From positions 9,363 through 73,362 of the forward strand of contig JAHDYJ010000007.1 of NCBI GenBank assembly GCA_023383795.1: DNA of 64,000 bases, written 5' to 3'. Each line of letters begins with the position of its first letter. Position 1 is the first letter of the stretch. The translations under genes and the position numbers were made by a program. The notes beneath the pieces were generated by a model. That model saw only the letters and a list, made by a program, of their open reading frames with translations, ran no database searches and had not been told where the DNA came from. Below are positions 44,082-53,944 of the stretch, in pieces. Source of the stretch: Burkholderiales bacterium. Its GTDB lineage: Bacteria > Pseudomonadota > Gammaproteobacteria > Burkholderiales > SG8-39.

Positions 44082-45428
44082 TCAAGCCCGGTCGGGGCCG
44101 AACTCGACGCGGACGCGCAGACCCTTGCCGCCCGCTCCGTCTGCCAGGTGGAGACTCGCACCGTGTCGCTCGGCGACGCGCCGGACGATGGAGAAGCCGA
44201 GGCCGCTCCCCTCTTCCGCGGAACCGAGCACACGGTAGAAGCGCTCGAGCACCCGCGCGCGCTCGTCGGCCGGGATGCCCGGACCCGTGTCCTCGACCTC
44301 GCACGACGGCCGTCCGTTCTCGAACCGGACCCGCACTCGGACCGCGCCGCCCGCCGGCGTGTAGCGGATCGCGTTGTCGACGAGGTTCCGGAGCATGACG
44401 TCGAGAAGCGCGGCGTTGCCGCGAACGGTCGCGTCCGGCCCGTCCTCCAGGGCCACCTCGACGCCCTTGTCGAGCGCCCATGGCGCGAGCTCGGCGACGG
44501 CGTCGGCCGCCGCCCTCCGGAGATGCACCGGTGCGCTTTCGGCCGGTCCGGCGCCGGCTTCCACCCGCGCGAGCGTCAGGAGCTGCCCGGCGAGGTGCGC
44601 GGTGCGGTCGGCGCCCTGGACGATGCTTGCGAGCGCGCGGTCGCGCTCGGCCGCCTCGCGCGCGGCGAGCGCCACCTGCGCGTGCGTCTTGATCGCCGCG
44701 AGCGGCGTGCGCAGCTCGTGCGCCGCGTCGTCGGTGAAGCGGCGCTCCTTCTCGAACGCCTCGCGCACGCGCGCGAACAGCCGGTTGAGCGCGCCGACCA
44801 GCGGCACGACCTCACGCGGCGCGCCGCGCGCCTCCACCTCGGCGAGGTTCTCGGCCGCGCGGCCTTCCACCTCGCGCGCGAGCCGGTCGAGCGGCCGCAG
44901 GCTGCGCCCGACGCCGACCCAGATCAGCAGCCCGAACGCCGGCAGCGCGTAGGCGAGCGGCGTCAGCATGCCGAGCGCGATGCGGCGCGCGAGCGCCGCG
45001 CGCACGTCGGCGCGCTCGCCGACGACCACCCGCACGCGGTGGCGCTCGTCGACGAGCGCATACGTGCGCCAGCGCTCGCCCGCGGCGACCTGCGCGCCGA
45101 AGCCTTCGCCGCGGCCGCCCAGCGCCTCGGAGGGCGCGCCCGCCGAACGCAGCACCACCCGCCCGCGGCGATCGCTCACCTGGAAGACGAGCGCGCGCTG
45201 GTAGCGGTGGCCGAGCGGCCGGTCCTCCACCTCGAGCTCGTCGGGCTCGTGCCGGACCTGCGCGAGCAGGAGCTGCGCCGACTCGACGAGCTGCGCGTCG
45301 AAGAGCTCGCCGATCTCGTGGCGCGCGTCGAGGACGCTCGTCACCGCGACCGCAGCCCACGCGAGCGCGAACCCGGCGAGCAGCAGCGCGAGCAGGCGCC
45401 CACGCAGCGAGTGCGGTCGCTCAGCCAC
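44082..45428 (-). CDS. Two-component sensor histidine kinase (QseC/OmpR-partner type)
   Basis: Track ORF, 448 aa (GVG start overlaps the regulator stop by 8 nt). Two TM segments; H-box AAHELRTPL; N-box LVDNAIRYTP; DTGPGIP; GSGLGFSIV. Confidence 0.9.
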   Translation of the reverse strand: MAERPHSLRGRLLALLLAGFALAWAAVAVTSVLDARHEIGELFDAQLVESAQLLLAQVRHEPDELEVEDRPLGHRYQRALVFQVSDRRGRVVLRSAGAPSEALGGRGEGFGAQVAAGERWRTYALVDERHRVRVVVGERADVRAALARRIALGMLTPLAYALPAFGLLIWVGVGRSLRPLDRLAREVEGRAAENLAEVEARGAPREVVPLVGALNRLFARVREAFEKERRFTDDAAHELRTPLAAIKTHAQVALAAREAAERDRALASIVQGADRTAHLAGQLLTLARVEAGAGPAESAPVHLRRAAADAVAELAPWALDKGVEVALEDGPDATVRGNAALLDVMLRNLVDNAIRYTPAGGAVRVRVRFENGRPSCEVEDTGPGIPADERARVLERFYRVLGSAEEGSGLGFSIVRRVAERHGASLHLADGAGGKGLRVRVEFGPDRA

Positions 45429-46092
45429 CTCGGGCAGCCTTCTCGACGAGATAGCCGACCCCGCGGATGGTCTTGATCAGGCCGGCGCCGAGCTTGCGCC
45501 GCAGGCGGTGAACGTAGACCTCCACCGCGTTGCTCTCGATCTCGCCGCCGAAGCCGTACAGGCTGTCTTCGAGCTGCTCGCGCGAGAGCACGCGCCCGGC
45601 GTTGCGCAGCAGCTCGTGCAGCACCGCGAACTCGCTCGGCGAGAGCTCGACCGGCGCGCCGCCCAACCTGACCGTATGCGCGGCCGGGTCGACGACCAGG
45701 TCGCCGTGGCGCAGCTCCGGCGCGCCGCGCCCGGCGGCGCGGCGAACGAGCGCGCGGGCGCGGGCCTTGAGCTCGCCGAGATCGAATGGCTTCACCAGGT
45801 AGTCGTCGGCGCCCGTATCGAGGCCCTCGATGCGGTCGGCGACCGCGTCGCGCGCGGTGAGGACGAGCACTGGAGTCGCGTCGCCGCGCGCGCGCTGCGC
45901 GCGCAGCACCTCGAGTCCGGCGAGGCGCGGCAGCCCGAGATCGAGGATGACCAGCGCGAAGCGGCCCGCGCGCAGCGCCGCATCGGCGGCCGCGCCGTCG
46001 CGCACCCAGTCGACCGCGTGGTCGTCCTGCGCGAGCCCGGCGCGCACGCCCTCGCCGAGCAGCGGGTCGTCCTCGACGAGCAGGATGCGCAT
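45421..46092 (-). CDS. OmpR/PhoB-family response regulator
   Basis: Track ORF, 223 aa. MRILLVEDD, ILDLGLP, winged-helix ..VEVYVHRLRRKL..IKTIRGVGY. Confidence 0.92.
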   Translation of the reverse strand: MRILLVEDDPLLGEGVRAGLAQDDHAVDWVRDGAAADAALRAGRFALVILDLGLPRLAGLEVLRAQRARGDATPVLVLTARDAVADRIEGLDTGADDYLVKPFDLGELKARARALVRRAAGRGAPELRHGDLVVDPAAHTVRLGGAPVELSPSEFAVLHELLRNAGRVLSREQLEDSLYGFGGEIESNAVEVYVHRLRRKLGAGLIKTIRGVGYLVEKAARGG

Positions 46093-46101
46093 TGACCCAT
46101 T

Positions 46102-46659
46102 CTACTGACTGCCCGCGGCGTGCGCGGCCGTCCGGTCTTCGCGCGGGACGGCGACGCGCCGCTCGGAGAAGTCGCCCTCGGCGGCGCCTTCGTGGCATGC
46201 GCCGCAGTTCGCCGCGCTGCCGATCGCGGCGCGCCGCCAGACCCCCGGCGCGATCTCGTCGTGCTCGTGCCGAAACCAGCGCGTCCCGGTGATGCGCAGC
46301 GGCGTCTCACCCGGCGCGACCGCGCGCGCGGCTTTGCGGCCCGCGCGGCCCGCGCCGCGGTCGCCGCTCTCGCGCACGAGATACGCCGCGATCTCGCGCG
46401 CAGTCGCCGCATCGAGCGACGCATCCTCGCCGAAGTGGTCGGCGAGCCCGGACATGAGCTTCTCCCAGGAGCGGGCCGGGAGCAGCGCCGGCGGATAGGC
46501 GACGTGGCAGGCACCGCACTCGGTCCGCCAGGTTGGGTTGACGGTCCGCGGCGCGACGCCGCGGCGCTCCGGGTCCTCCGGTCCGCTCGCGAGCAGGACT
46601 CCGGTCGCGGTGACCGTCAGAACGAGCACCGCCACGGGTGCGAATCGACGAAAGCTCAT
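46102..46659 (-). CDS. Dihaem cytochrome c (DHC family)
   Basis: Last 185 aa of track ORF 46102..46773, starting MSFRRFAPVAVLVL (signal) with GGAGAAG upstream. Two CxxCH motifs (ECGACH, NCGACH). Confidence 0.8.
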   Translation of the reverse strand: MSFRRFAPVAVLVLTVTATGVLLASGPEDPERRGVAPRTVNPTWRTECGACHVAYPPALLPARSWEKLMSGLADHFGEDASLDAATAREIAAYLVRESGDRGAGRAGRKAARAVAPGETPLRITGTRWFRHEHDEIAPGVWRRAAIGSAANCGACHEGAAEGDFSERRVAVPREDRTAAHAAGSQ

Positions 46660-46679
46660 CGGCGTTTCTTCTCCATTGC

Positions 46680-47090
46680 CTATTTCGCTTCGATCAGGAA
46701 GCGTACGAAGTCGGCCTTCTCCTGCGCGGTGCACTCGCGCGCGAGCACGTCGCGGCAGTTGCGCCGGAACCATTTCTCGGCCTGCGCCGGATCGGCGAGC
46801 CGTTCGGGGTTCGCGGCGGGCGCGAGCGGAGCGATCGGCTTGCCGGTGCGCCCGTGACGTCCCGGCCAGCGCGGATCGGGCGAGTGGCAGCTCGCGCAGC
46901 CGGCCTCCGGGCCGGCCGATGCGATTCCGCTCCGCCGGTACAGCTCGGCGCCGCGCGCGGGCGAGGCCCCGGCGAACCCGGGGTCCCCGCGCCTCGCCTG
47001 CGCCTCGTAGTCGCGCAGCAGGTCGGCGGGCGCGCCAGCGAGCGCCGCGGGTGCCGCTGCGCAGAGCAGGACCGCGAGGACCCTACGCAT
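46680..47090 (-). CDS. Monohaem c-type cytochrome, DUF1924 / SHP-like
   Basis: Track ORF, 136 aa. Signal peptide MRRVLAVLLCAAAPAALAG; single CASCH haem motif. Start overlaps the cytochrome b stop by 8 nt. Confidence 0.7.
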   Translation of the reverse strand: MRRVLAVLLCAAAPAALAGAPADLLRDYEAQARRGDPGFAGASPARGAELYRRSGIASAGPEAGCASCHSPDPRWPGRHGRTGKPIAPLAPAANPERLADPAQAEKWFRRNCRDVLARECTAQEKADFVRFLIEAK

Positions 47091-47709
47091 TGCCGCCTTC
47101 CCTGCGCGCGGACCGCACCTGGATGCCGGTCCACATGCTACTCGCGACCGGCACGCCGCCGATGCGCTGGTGCAGCCACAGCGCGCCCACGTGCACGACG
47201 ATGAACGCCGCGACGAAGCTCGCGAGAAACTCGTGCGGCTCCTCCGCGAGCTCGGCGAGCCACACCTGGTCGAGCAGGCCGCCGGCGAGCGGCCCCATGC
47301 CGAGCTCGGACGCCGCGAGGGCGAGGCCGGTCACGGCCATCACCGCGAGCGTCCCGTAGAGCGCGAGAAAGGCCGCGCTCGCGAGCGGGTCGTGGCCCCA
47401 CCGGTGGCGGTCGGGCAGCCGGAAGTCGGTCAGGAGCCGACGCCATGCCTGCGGGTGCCACATGTCGGCGAGACGCGCGTGGCGCGGACCGACGAGCGCC
47501 CAGGCGAAGCGCGTCGCGAGCCCCAGCACGAGGCCATAGCCCGCGTAGACGTGCACGGTCCACACAGCGCGCTCGCCCGCGCCGTGCTCGAAGAGCTCCG
47601 CGCCCCAGCCGGTCGCAAGGAGCGCGACGATCGCCGCCGCGTTCCACCAGTGAAGAAGCCGCAGCGCCGGGTCGTATACCCGGCGCCGCTCGTGCCCAGC
47701 ATCGCTCAT
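47083..47709 (-). CDS. Membrane cytochrome b (cytochrome b561 / Ni-Fe hydrogenase b-type family)
   Basis: Track ORF 47083..47742; I prefer ATG 47709 (MSDAGHERRRVYD..) because GGAGGATGTC precedes it. LRLLHWWNA and four hydrophobic helices with conserved His. Confidence 0.8.
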   Translation of the reverse strand: MSDAGHERRRVYDPALRLLHWWNAAAIVALLATGWGAELFEHGAGERAVWTVHVYAGYGLVLGLATRFAWALVGPRHARLADMWHPQAWRRLLTDFRLPDRHRWGHDPLASAAFLALYGTLAVMAVTGLALAASELGMGPLAGGLLDQVWLAELAEEPHEFLASFVAAFIVVHVGALWLHQRIGGVPVASSMWTGIQVRSARREGGNA

Positions 47710-47847
47710 GACATCCTCCGATCGACGATTCACGCGCCGCACGGTAGCGCGTCCGGCTGAACGCGGCCTTAACGCGGCGGTCGGCCGTGATCGCTCCGTG
47801 CGAATTGCCGATAGCCGCTCGCGATCACCGGAAAAAAAGCGCAGAAG

Positions 47848-47876
47848 TTGACAGGGTTAGGCCCATTCGCTAACGT
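47848..47876 (+). promoter_or_regulatory. Candidate sigma70-type promoter for the M24/E1/E2 gene cluster
   Basis: TTGACA (47848-47853), 17-nt spacer, TAACGT (47871-47876), preceded by an A-tract (GGAAAAAAAGC). About 170 nt upstream of ATG 48050. Pattern match only. Confidence 0.35.
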
Positions 47877-48049
47877 CCGAGCGAGCGGAGGAACTGCGGC
47901 GCGGCGTCCAAGGCGGCGTCGCGCCCGCGTCGCCGTCCGAGTCCGGACGGAGGAAATCCACGCAGCTCGTCCGGCTCGCGCGCGCGGGCCGGCGCCGCTT
48001 TTGAGCGCGGGCTCGCCGCCCGGCGCCGCGCGTTGTGAAGGAGGCATTC

Positions 48050-49351
48050 ATGGCCCGCAAGACCCACGAACCGATCGTCCCGAAGCCCGAGGACCTCGAT
48101 CCGCACCACCGCTGGCATCGGCCGCTGCAGGCGCCGGGAACCACGCAGGTGGATTTCGAGGAGCGTGTCGACTTCCGCCGGCTGCACAACTACCGGCTCG
48201 CGCGCACCCGCCAGTCGCTCGCGAAGTCGGGCCTCGGCGCGGTGCTGTGCTTCGACCAGTACAACATCCGCTACATCTCGAGCACGGTGATCGGCGAGTG
48301 GGCGCGCGACAAGCTGATCCGCTACTGCCTGCTCACCGGCAACGGCGACCCGTACGTGTGGGACTTCGGCTCGGCCGCGCGCCACCACAAGCTGAACTGC
48401 CCGTGGCTCGCCGAGGACCACTGCCGCGCCGGCAACCCCGGCATGCGCGGCGCGATCAACCCGAAGGTGGGGCTGTTCGAGCTCGCGGCCAGGGAGATCA
48501 AGGACATCCTGGTCCAGGAGGGCGTCGCCAACATGCCGCTCGGCCTGGACGTGTGCGAGCCGCCGATGCTCTTCGCGCTGCAGAAGGAGGGCATCGACGT
48601 GCGCGACGGCCAGCAGATGATGCTGGATGCGCGCGAGATCAAGAGCCACGACGAGATCACGCTGCTCAACATCGCCTCCTCGATGGTCGACGGCGTCTAC
48701 CAGGACATCGCCGAGGCGCTCAAGCCCGGCGTCAAGGAGAGCCAGATCGTCGCGCTCGCCTCGAAGAAGCTCTACGAGCTCGGCTCCGACTGCGTCGAGG
48801 CGGTGAACGCGATCGCCGGCGAGCGCTGCAGCCCGCACCCGCACAACTTCACCGACCGGCTGATCCGTCCGGGCGACCCGGCATACTTCGACATCATCCA
48901 CTCCTTCATGGGCTACCGCACCTGCTACTACCGCACGTTCGCGGTCGGGCGGGCCTCGCCGGCGCACATCACCGCGTACAAGAAGGCGCGCGAGTGGATG
49001 GACCGGGCGATCGAGCTGCTGAAGCCCGGCATGACCTGCGACCAGGTGGCGAACGCCTTCCCGAAGGCGGAGGAGATCGGCTTCGACTCCGAGATGGCCG
49101 CCTTCGGCCTGAACTTCTGCCACGGCCTCGGCGTCGGCCTGCACGAGCGCCCGCTGATCTCGCGCCTCAACTCGTACAAGGACCCGTACGAGCTCAAGGC
49201 CGGCATGGTGTTCGCGGTCGAGACCTACTGCCCGGCCACCGACGGGTACTCGGCGGCGCGCATCGAGGAGGAGGTGGTGCTCACGCCCGACGGCGCGAAG
49301 GTGATCACGCTGTACCCGGCCGACGAGCTGCCGGTCGCCAATAAGTACTGA
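48050..49351 (+). CDS. M24-fold (creatinase/prolidase/DddP-like) hydrolase
   Basis: Track ORF 48035..49351; ATG 48050 is preferred because GAAGGAGG lies 6 nt upstream. N-terminal creatinase-like domain (..VLCFDQYNIRYISS..), pita-bread domain (..REIKSHDEITLL.., ..CHGLGVGLHERP.., ..FAVETY.., ..RIEEEV..). Confidence 0.8.
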   Translation: MARKTHEPIVPKPEDLDPHHRWHRPLQAPGTTQVDFEERVDFRRLHNYRLARTRQSLAKSGLGAVLCFDQYNIRYISSTVIGEWARDKLIRYCLLTGNGDPYVWDFGSAARHHKLNCPWLAEDHCRAGNPGMRGAINPKVGLFELAAREIKDILVQEGVANMPLGLDVCEPPMLFALQKEGIDVRDGQQMMLDAREIKSHDEITLLNIASSMVDGVYQDIAEALKPGVKESQIVALASKKLYELGSDCVEAVNAIAGERCSPHPHNFTDRLIRPGDPAYFDIIHSFMGYRTCYYRTFAVGRASPAHITAYKKAREWMDRAIELLKPGMTCDQVANAFPKAEEIGFDSEMAAFGLNFCHGLGVGLHERPLISRLNSYKDPYELKAGMVFAVETYCPATDGYSAARIEEEVVLTPDGAKVITLYPADELPVANKY

Positions 49352-49363
49352 AGCCGAGGACGT

Positions 49364-50392
49364 ATGGCCACCACCACCAAGGAACGCGCGCGGCCGGCCG
49401 CCGGCGACGCCGAACCCTCCCAGGAGAAGCGCCTCGAGATGTACCGCATGCTGGTCGAGCTGCGGTATTGCGAGAAGCGCGCGTACGACCTCTTCCTGCA
49501 GAACCTGATCAAGGGCACGAGCCACCTGTCGCTCGGGCAGGAGGCGATCGCCGCCGGCTTCGCCGCGGCGATGCGGCCGGACGACTGGACCTTCTGCACC
49601 TACCGCGGCCATGCCCACACCCAGGCGCGCGGCGCGTCGATGACCGGCGTGCTCGGCGAGCTGATGGGCCGCGAGTGCGGGCTGCTGAAGGGCAAGGGCG
49701 GGTCGATGCACCTCACCGACGTCGAGAAGGGCGCCATGGGGTCCTACGCGATCGTCGGCGCGCACCTGCCGATCGCGATCGGCGCGGCGTGGTCGGCGCA
49801 GTACCGCGGCACCGACCAGGTCGCGGTGTGCTTCTTCGGCGACGGCACCACCAACATCGGCGCCTTCCACGAGGCGCTGAACATGGCGAAGATCTGGAGC
49901 CTGCCGGTCGTCTTCGTCTGCGAGAACAACCTGTACATGGAGTACACGCCGATCCACCAGGTCACCGCCGTGGAGCACCCGGCCGCCGACCGCGCCTCGG
50001 CCTACGGGCTCGAGCGCATCATCGTCGACGGCAACGACGTCGACGAGGTCTACCGCACCGCGCAGCGGACGATCGGCATGGCGCGCGCCGGCAAGGGACC
50101 GTCGCTCGTCGAGGCCAAGACCTACCGCCACAGCGGCCATTCGCGCGCCGACCCCGCCAAGTACCGGCCCGAGGGCGAGCTCGAACGCTGGCTCGAGCGC
50201 GACCCGATCAAGACCTACCGCGAGCGGCTGCTCGGCATGGGCGTCGCCGCAGCCACGCTCGACGGCATCGAGGCCGAGGCGACGCGCAAGGTGGAGGAGG
50301 CGACCGCCGCCGCGAAGGCGTCGCCGCCGCCGCCGGCGTCGCTGATCGAGCAGGACGTGTGGGCCGACGGAGGCGCGGCATGGCGGAACTGA
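49364..50392 (+). CDS. ThDP-dependent 2-oxoacid/acetoin dehydrogenase E1 component, alpha subunit
   Basis: Track ORF, 342 aa. ..YRGH.., GKGGSMH, ThDP motif FFGDGTTNIGAFHEALNMA..VFVCENN. Confidence 0.9.
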   Translation: MATTTKERARPAAGDAEPSQEKRLEMYRMLVELRYCEKRAYDLFLQNLIKGTSHLSLGQEAIAAGFAAAMRPDDWTFCTYRGHAHTQARGASMTGVLGELMGRECGLLKGKGGSMHLTDVEKGAMGSYAIVGAHLPIAIGAAWSAQYRGTDQVAVCFFGDGTTNIGAFHEALNMAKIWSLPVVFVCENNLYMEYTPIHQVTAVEHPAADRASAYGLERIIVDGNDVDEVYRTAQRTIGMARAGKGPSLVEAKTYRHSGHSRADPAKYRPEGELERWLERDPIKTYRERLLGMGVAAATLDGIEAEATRKVEEATAAAKASPPPPASLIEQDVWADGGAAWRN

Positions 50393-51357
50393 CCTTTCGC
50401 GAGGCGGTCGCCGCCGGCATCGCGCAGGAGATGCGCCGCGACGAGCGCGTGGTGTTCCTCGGCGAGGACGTCGCCGCCGCGGGCGGCGTCTTCAAGACGA
50501 CCGTGGGGCTGCTCGAGGAGTTCGGGCCGAAGCGGGTGCGCGACACGCCGATCTCCGAGCAGGCGATCATCGGCGCGACGATGGGCGCGGCGATGACCGG
50601 ACTGCGCCCGATCGCCGAGATCATGTTCTCCGACTTCTTCGCGGTGTGCTGGGATCTCGTCGCGAACCAGATCGCGAAGACCCGCTACATGACCGCCGGC
50701 CAGGTGACGCTGCCGCTCGTGATCCGCACCGCCAACGGCGGCGGCGTGCGCTTCGGCGCGCAGCACTCGCAGAGCGTCGAGAACTGGGCGATGGCGATCC
50801 CGGGCCTGAAGGTGGTCGCGCCGTCGACCGCCGCCGACGTCAAGGGGCTGATGGCCGCGGCGGTGCGCTCGGACGATCCGGTGATCTTCTTCGAGCACAA
50901 GGGCCTCTTCGGCACGAAAGGCGAGGTGCCCGACGACGAGCACGTCGACGAGCTCGGCACCGCCAAGGTGCTGCGCGAGGGCAAGGACGCGACGATCGTA
51001 GCGCTCGCGATGATGGTCCCGCGCGCGCTCGAGGCGGCGAAGATCCTGGAGGCGGAGCACGGCATCTCCGCGACGGTGGTCGACGTGCGCTCGCTCGTGC
51101 CGCTCGACACGCAGACGATTCTCGAGGAGGTGCGCAAGACCGGGCGCCTCTTCACGGTCGAGGAGAACCCGCGCCTGTGCGGCTGGGGCGCCGAGATCGT
51201 GTCGATCGCCGGCGAGGAGTGCTTCTACGATCTCGACGGCCCGATGGTGCGCATCACGACGCCGCACGTGCCGCTGCCGTGCGCCGACGCCCTCGAGGAC
51301 GCAACCATCCCGTCGGTCGCCCGGATCGTGGAGACCGTCCGCACGTCGATGGGCTAG
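50380..51357 (+). CDS. 2-oxoacid/acetoin dehydrogenase E1 component, beta subunit
   Basis: Last 325 aa of track ORF 49468..51357, starting MAELTFREAVAAGIAQEM. GGAGG upstream; 13-nt overlap with the E1 alpha gene. ..RVRDTPISEQAIIG.., ..HSQS.. Confidence 0.9.
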   Translation: MAELTFREAVAAGIAQEMRRDERVVFLGEDVAAAGGVFKTTVGLLEEFGPKRVRDTPISEQAIIGATMGAAMTGLRPIAEIMFSDFFAVCWDLVANQIAKTRYMTAGQVTLPLVIRTANGGGVRFGAQHSQSVENWAMAIPGLKVVAPSTAADVKGLMAAAVRSDDPVIFFEHKGLFGTKGEVPDDEHVDELGTAKVLREGKDATIVALAMMVPRALEAAKILEAEHGISATVVDVRSLVPLDTQTILEEVRKTGRLFTVEENPRLCGWGAEIVSIAGEECFYDLDGPMVRITTPHVPLPCADALEDATIPSVARIVETVRTSMG

Positions 51358-51474
51358 GGAACGCAGGCGCCGCCGCCGGGCACCCGATCGGCGGTCCGGC
51401 GCGTGCGTCGCCCACCGCGCTTTCGCCACGCTTCTTTCCATCACACGCTGCACGCCCGCGGAAACACGAGATCG

Positions 51475-52767
51475 ATGGACGTCATCATGCCCCAGCTCGG
51501 CGAGACGGTGACCGAAGGCACCGTCGTCGTCTGGCACAAGAAGGTCGGCGACCAGGTCAAGGCCGACGAGAACCTGTTCGACATCGAGACCGACAAGGTC
51601 ACCGCGGAGATCCCGGCGCCCGCCACCGGGGTCCTGAGGGAGATCCTCGTCCAGGAAGGCACGACGGTCGCGGTCGGCGCGAAGCTCGCGGTGATCGAGG
51701 TCGCGGGCGCCGCGGCGGCGCAACCGGCACCGCCCGCTTCCGTCCCCTCGACCTCCGCGCCCTCCGCGTCCGCGCCCCCGGCTTCCGCACCCGCGGCGCC
51801 GGCGGCGCGGCCTGCACTGGCCGATGCGTCCGCGGCGGGCGATGCGCCGCTCTCGCCGGTGGTGCGGCGCCTGATCGCCGAGCACGGACTCGATCCGGCC
51901 AGGATCCGCGGCACCGGGCGCGGCGGGCGCATCACGCGCGAGGACGTGCTCGCCGCGGTCGACGCTGCCGCATCGTCGGCTGCGCCGGCGTCGCCGCCCG
52001 CGCCGAAGGCACCCGCGCCGAGCGCCGGGAAGACGCCGGCGCCGCCGTCTGGCGCGCAGACCGAGGTCGTTCCGCTCAGCCGGATCCGCAAGCAGATCGG
52101 CGCGCACATGGTGCGCTCGAAGGCGACCAGCCCGCACGTCCTGCAGGCCGTGGAGGTCGACTTCCACGCGGTCGAGGCCGCGCGGCGGGCGCGCGCGGAG
52201 GAGTGGCGCCGCCGCGAGGGGTTCGGGCTCACCTACCTGCCCTTCGTCGCGCGCGCGGCGATCGACGCGATCGCCGAGTTCCCGCGCGTCAACGCGTCGA
52301 TCGAAGGCGACAACCTGCTCGTCCACAAGCGGGTGAACCTCGGCGTGGCGGTCGACCTGAACTTCGAGGGCCTGATGGTGCCGGTGATCAGGGACGCGCA
52401 GACGCTGCGGCTCGCCGCCATCGCGCGCGCCATCAACGCGTTCGCGACGCGCGCGCGCGCGGGCACGATCAACCCCGACGATCTCGCCGGCGGCACCTAC
52501 ACGCTCTCGAACTCGGGGCCGTTCGGCACGCTGATCACCGCGCCCGTGATCAACCAGCCGCAGGTCGCCATCCTGTCGACCGACGGGGTGCGCAAGAAGC
52601 CGGTGGTGATCGAGTCGCCGGCGGGCGATGCGATCGCGATCCGCCCGGTGGGCGTGCTGGCGCAGTCGTTCGATCATCGCGCCTTCGACGGCGCCTACTC
52701 CGCCGCGTTCCTGCGGCGCGTGCGCGAGATCATCGAGACGCGGGACTGGTCGGCCGAGCTGGGCTAG
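51475..52767 (+). CDS. Dihydrolipoamide acyltransferase (E2) with lipoyl, subunit-binding and catalytic domains
   Basis: Residue 25 onward of track ORF 51403..52767 (MDVIMPQLGETVTEG). Lipoyl-Lys motif IETDKV; Ala/Pro linker; PVVRRLIAEHGLD; catalytic DHRAFDG. Confidence 0.9.
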   Translation: MDVIMPQLGETVTEGTVVVWHKKVGDQVKADENLFDIETDKVTAEIPAPATGVLREILVQEGTTVAVGAKLAVIEVAGAAAAQPAPPASVPSTSAPSASAPPASAPAAPAARPALADASAAGDAPLSPVVRRLIAEHGLDPARIRGTGRGGRITREDVLAAVDAAASSAAPASPPAPKAPAPSAGKTPAPPSGAQTEVVPLSRIRKQIGAHMVRSKATSPHVLQAVEVDFHAVEAARRARAEEWRRREGFGLTYLPFVARAAIDAIAEFPRVNASIEGDNLLVHKRVNLGVAVDLNFEGLMVPVIRDAQTLRLAAIARAINAFATRARAGTINPDDLAGGTYTLSNSGPFGTLITAPVINQPQVAILSTDGVRKKPVVIESPAGDAIAIRPVGVLAQSFDHRAFDGAYSAAFLRRVREIIETRDWSAELG

Positions 52768-52811
52768 GCGGCGCCCGGACATTTCCTCATCGGACAAACG
52801 GGGGAGGACAC

Positions 52812-53834
52812 ATGATCAGGGCCGGAATCGTCGGCCTCGGCTGGTGGGGCAAGACACTGGTGGAGGCGGCGCAGGGGAGCTCGGAGATCCAGTTCACGGC
52901 CGGCGCGTCGCGCACGGTCTCCCCCGAGCTGCAGGAGTTCGCCGCCGCGCAGGGCCTGCGGCTGCACGGCAGCTTCGAGGAGCTGCTGAAGGATCGCAAG
53001 CTCGACGCGGTCGTGCTCGCCACGCCGCACTCGATGCACGTGCAGCAGGTGGTCGCGGCCGCGCGGCGCCGCAGGCACGTCTTCTGCGAGAAGCCGTTCG
53101 CGCTGACCAAGGCCGAGGCCGCCAAGGCCGTCAAGGCGGTCGAGAAGGCCGGCGTCACGCTCGGGCTCGGCTACAACCGCCGCTGGCATCCGGCGATGAC
53201 CGACCTGCGCAACCGGGTCCAGAACGGCAAGCTCGGGACGATCCTGCACGTCGAGGGCACGATGTCCTTCCCGAACGCGCTCTACCTGAAGCCGAGCCAG
53301 TGGCGCGCGAATCCGGAGGAGACGCCGTGCGGCGGGCTGACGCCGATGGGCGTGCACTTCGTCGACGCAATCATCGACCTCTTCGGCCAGGTCGAGGAGG
53401 TGCACTGCATGAGCATGCGCCGCGCGGTCGAGATCGACACCGACGACACGACCTCGATCCTGTTCCGCATGAAGAACGGGATGTCGGCGTACCTCGGCAC
53501 CATGACCGCGACCGGCGGGTGCTTCCGGCTCCAGGTGTACGGCTCCGAGGGCTGGGTGCGCCTCGACGGCGTGACGCACATCGCCGGCGCCTCGTCGGAG
53601 GAGCGGCGCACGCGGCTCTTCGGCGCTTGCACGTTCCAGCCGGTCAAGGGATCGGCCGAGACGTGGCAGGCGGAGGCGTTCGACACTTCGCGCGCGGCGC
53701 TCGAGGCCTTCGCGAAGGCCGCGGCGGGCGGGCCGGCGTACCCGATCACCCACGACGAGATGATCCACGGCGCTGCGGTCACCGAGGCGATCGTCAAGTC
53801 GGCCGCGGCGGGCAAGACGAAGAAGGTCGCGTAG
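52812..53834 (+). CDS. Gfo/Idh/MocA-family NAD(P)-dependent oxidoreductase
   Basis: Last 340 aa of track ORF 50646..53834, starting MIRAGIVGLGWWGK with GGGGAGGA upstream. ..VFCEKPFALT.. Confidence 0.85.
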   Translation: MIRAGIVGLGWWGKTLVEAAQGSSEIQFTAGASRTVSPELQEFAAAQGLRLHGSFEELLKDRKLDAVVLATPHSMHVQQVVAAARRRRHVFCEKPFALTKAEAAKAVKAVEKAGVTLGLGYNRRWHPAMTDLRNRVQNGKLGTILHVEGTMSFPNALYLKPSQWRANPEETPCGGLTPMGVHFVDAIIDLFGQVEEVHCMSMRRAVEIDTDDTTSILFRMKNGMSAYLGTMTATGGCFRLQVYGSEGWVRLDGVTHIAGASSEERRTRLFGACTFQPVKGSAETWQAEAFDTSRAALEAFAKAAAGGPAYPITHDEMIHGAAVTEAIVKSAAAGKTKKVA

Positions 53835-53868
53835 CACGAGCCAGACCGAGCGCGCTGCACGCCTACCC

Positions 53869-53895
53869 CGCCCTCCCCCTCTTTGGGGGAAGGCG
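53869..53895. repeat. GC hairpin CGCCCTCCCCC-N5-GGGGGAAGGCG (same family as 23899-23923)
   Basis: Read directly. 10 of 11 stem pairs. Lies 35 nt after the stop at 53834. Confidence 0.5.
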
Positions 53896-53944
53896 GCGCA
53901 GGTGGCGACGCCCGCCAACCGAACAGCAGGGAAGGGAAGACACG

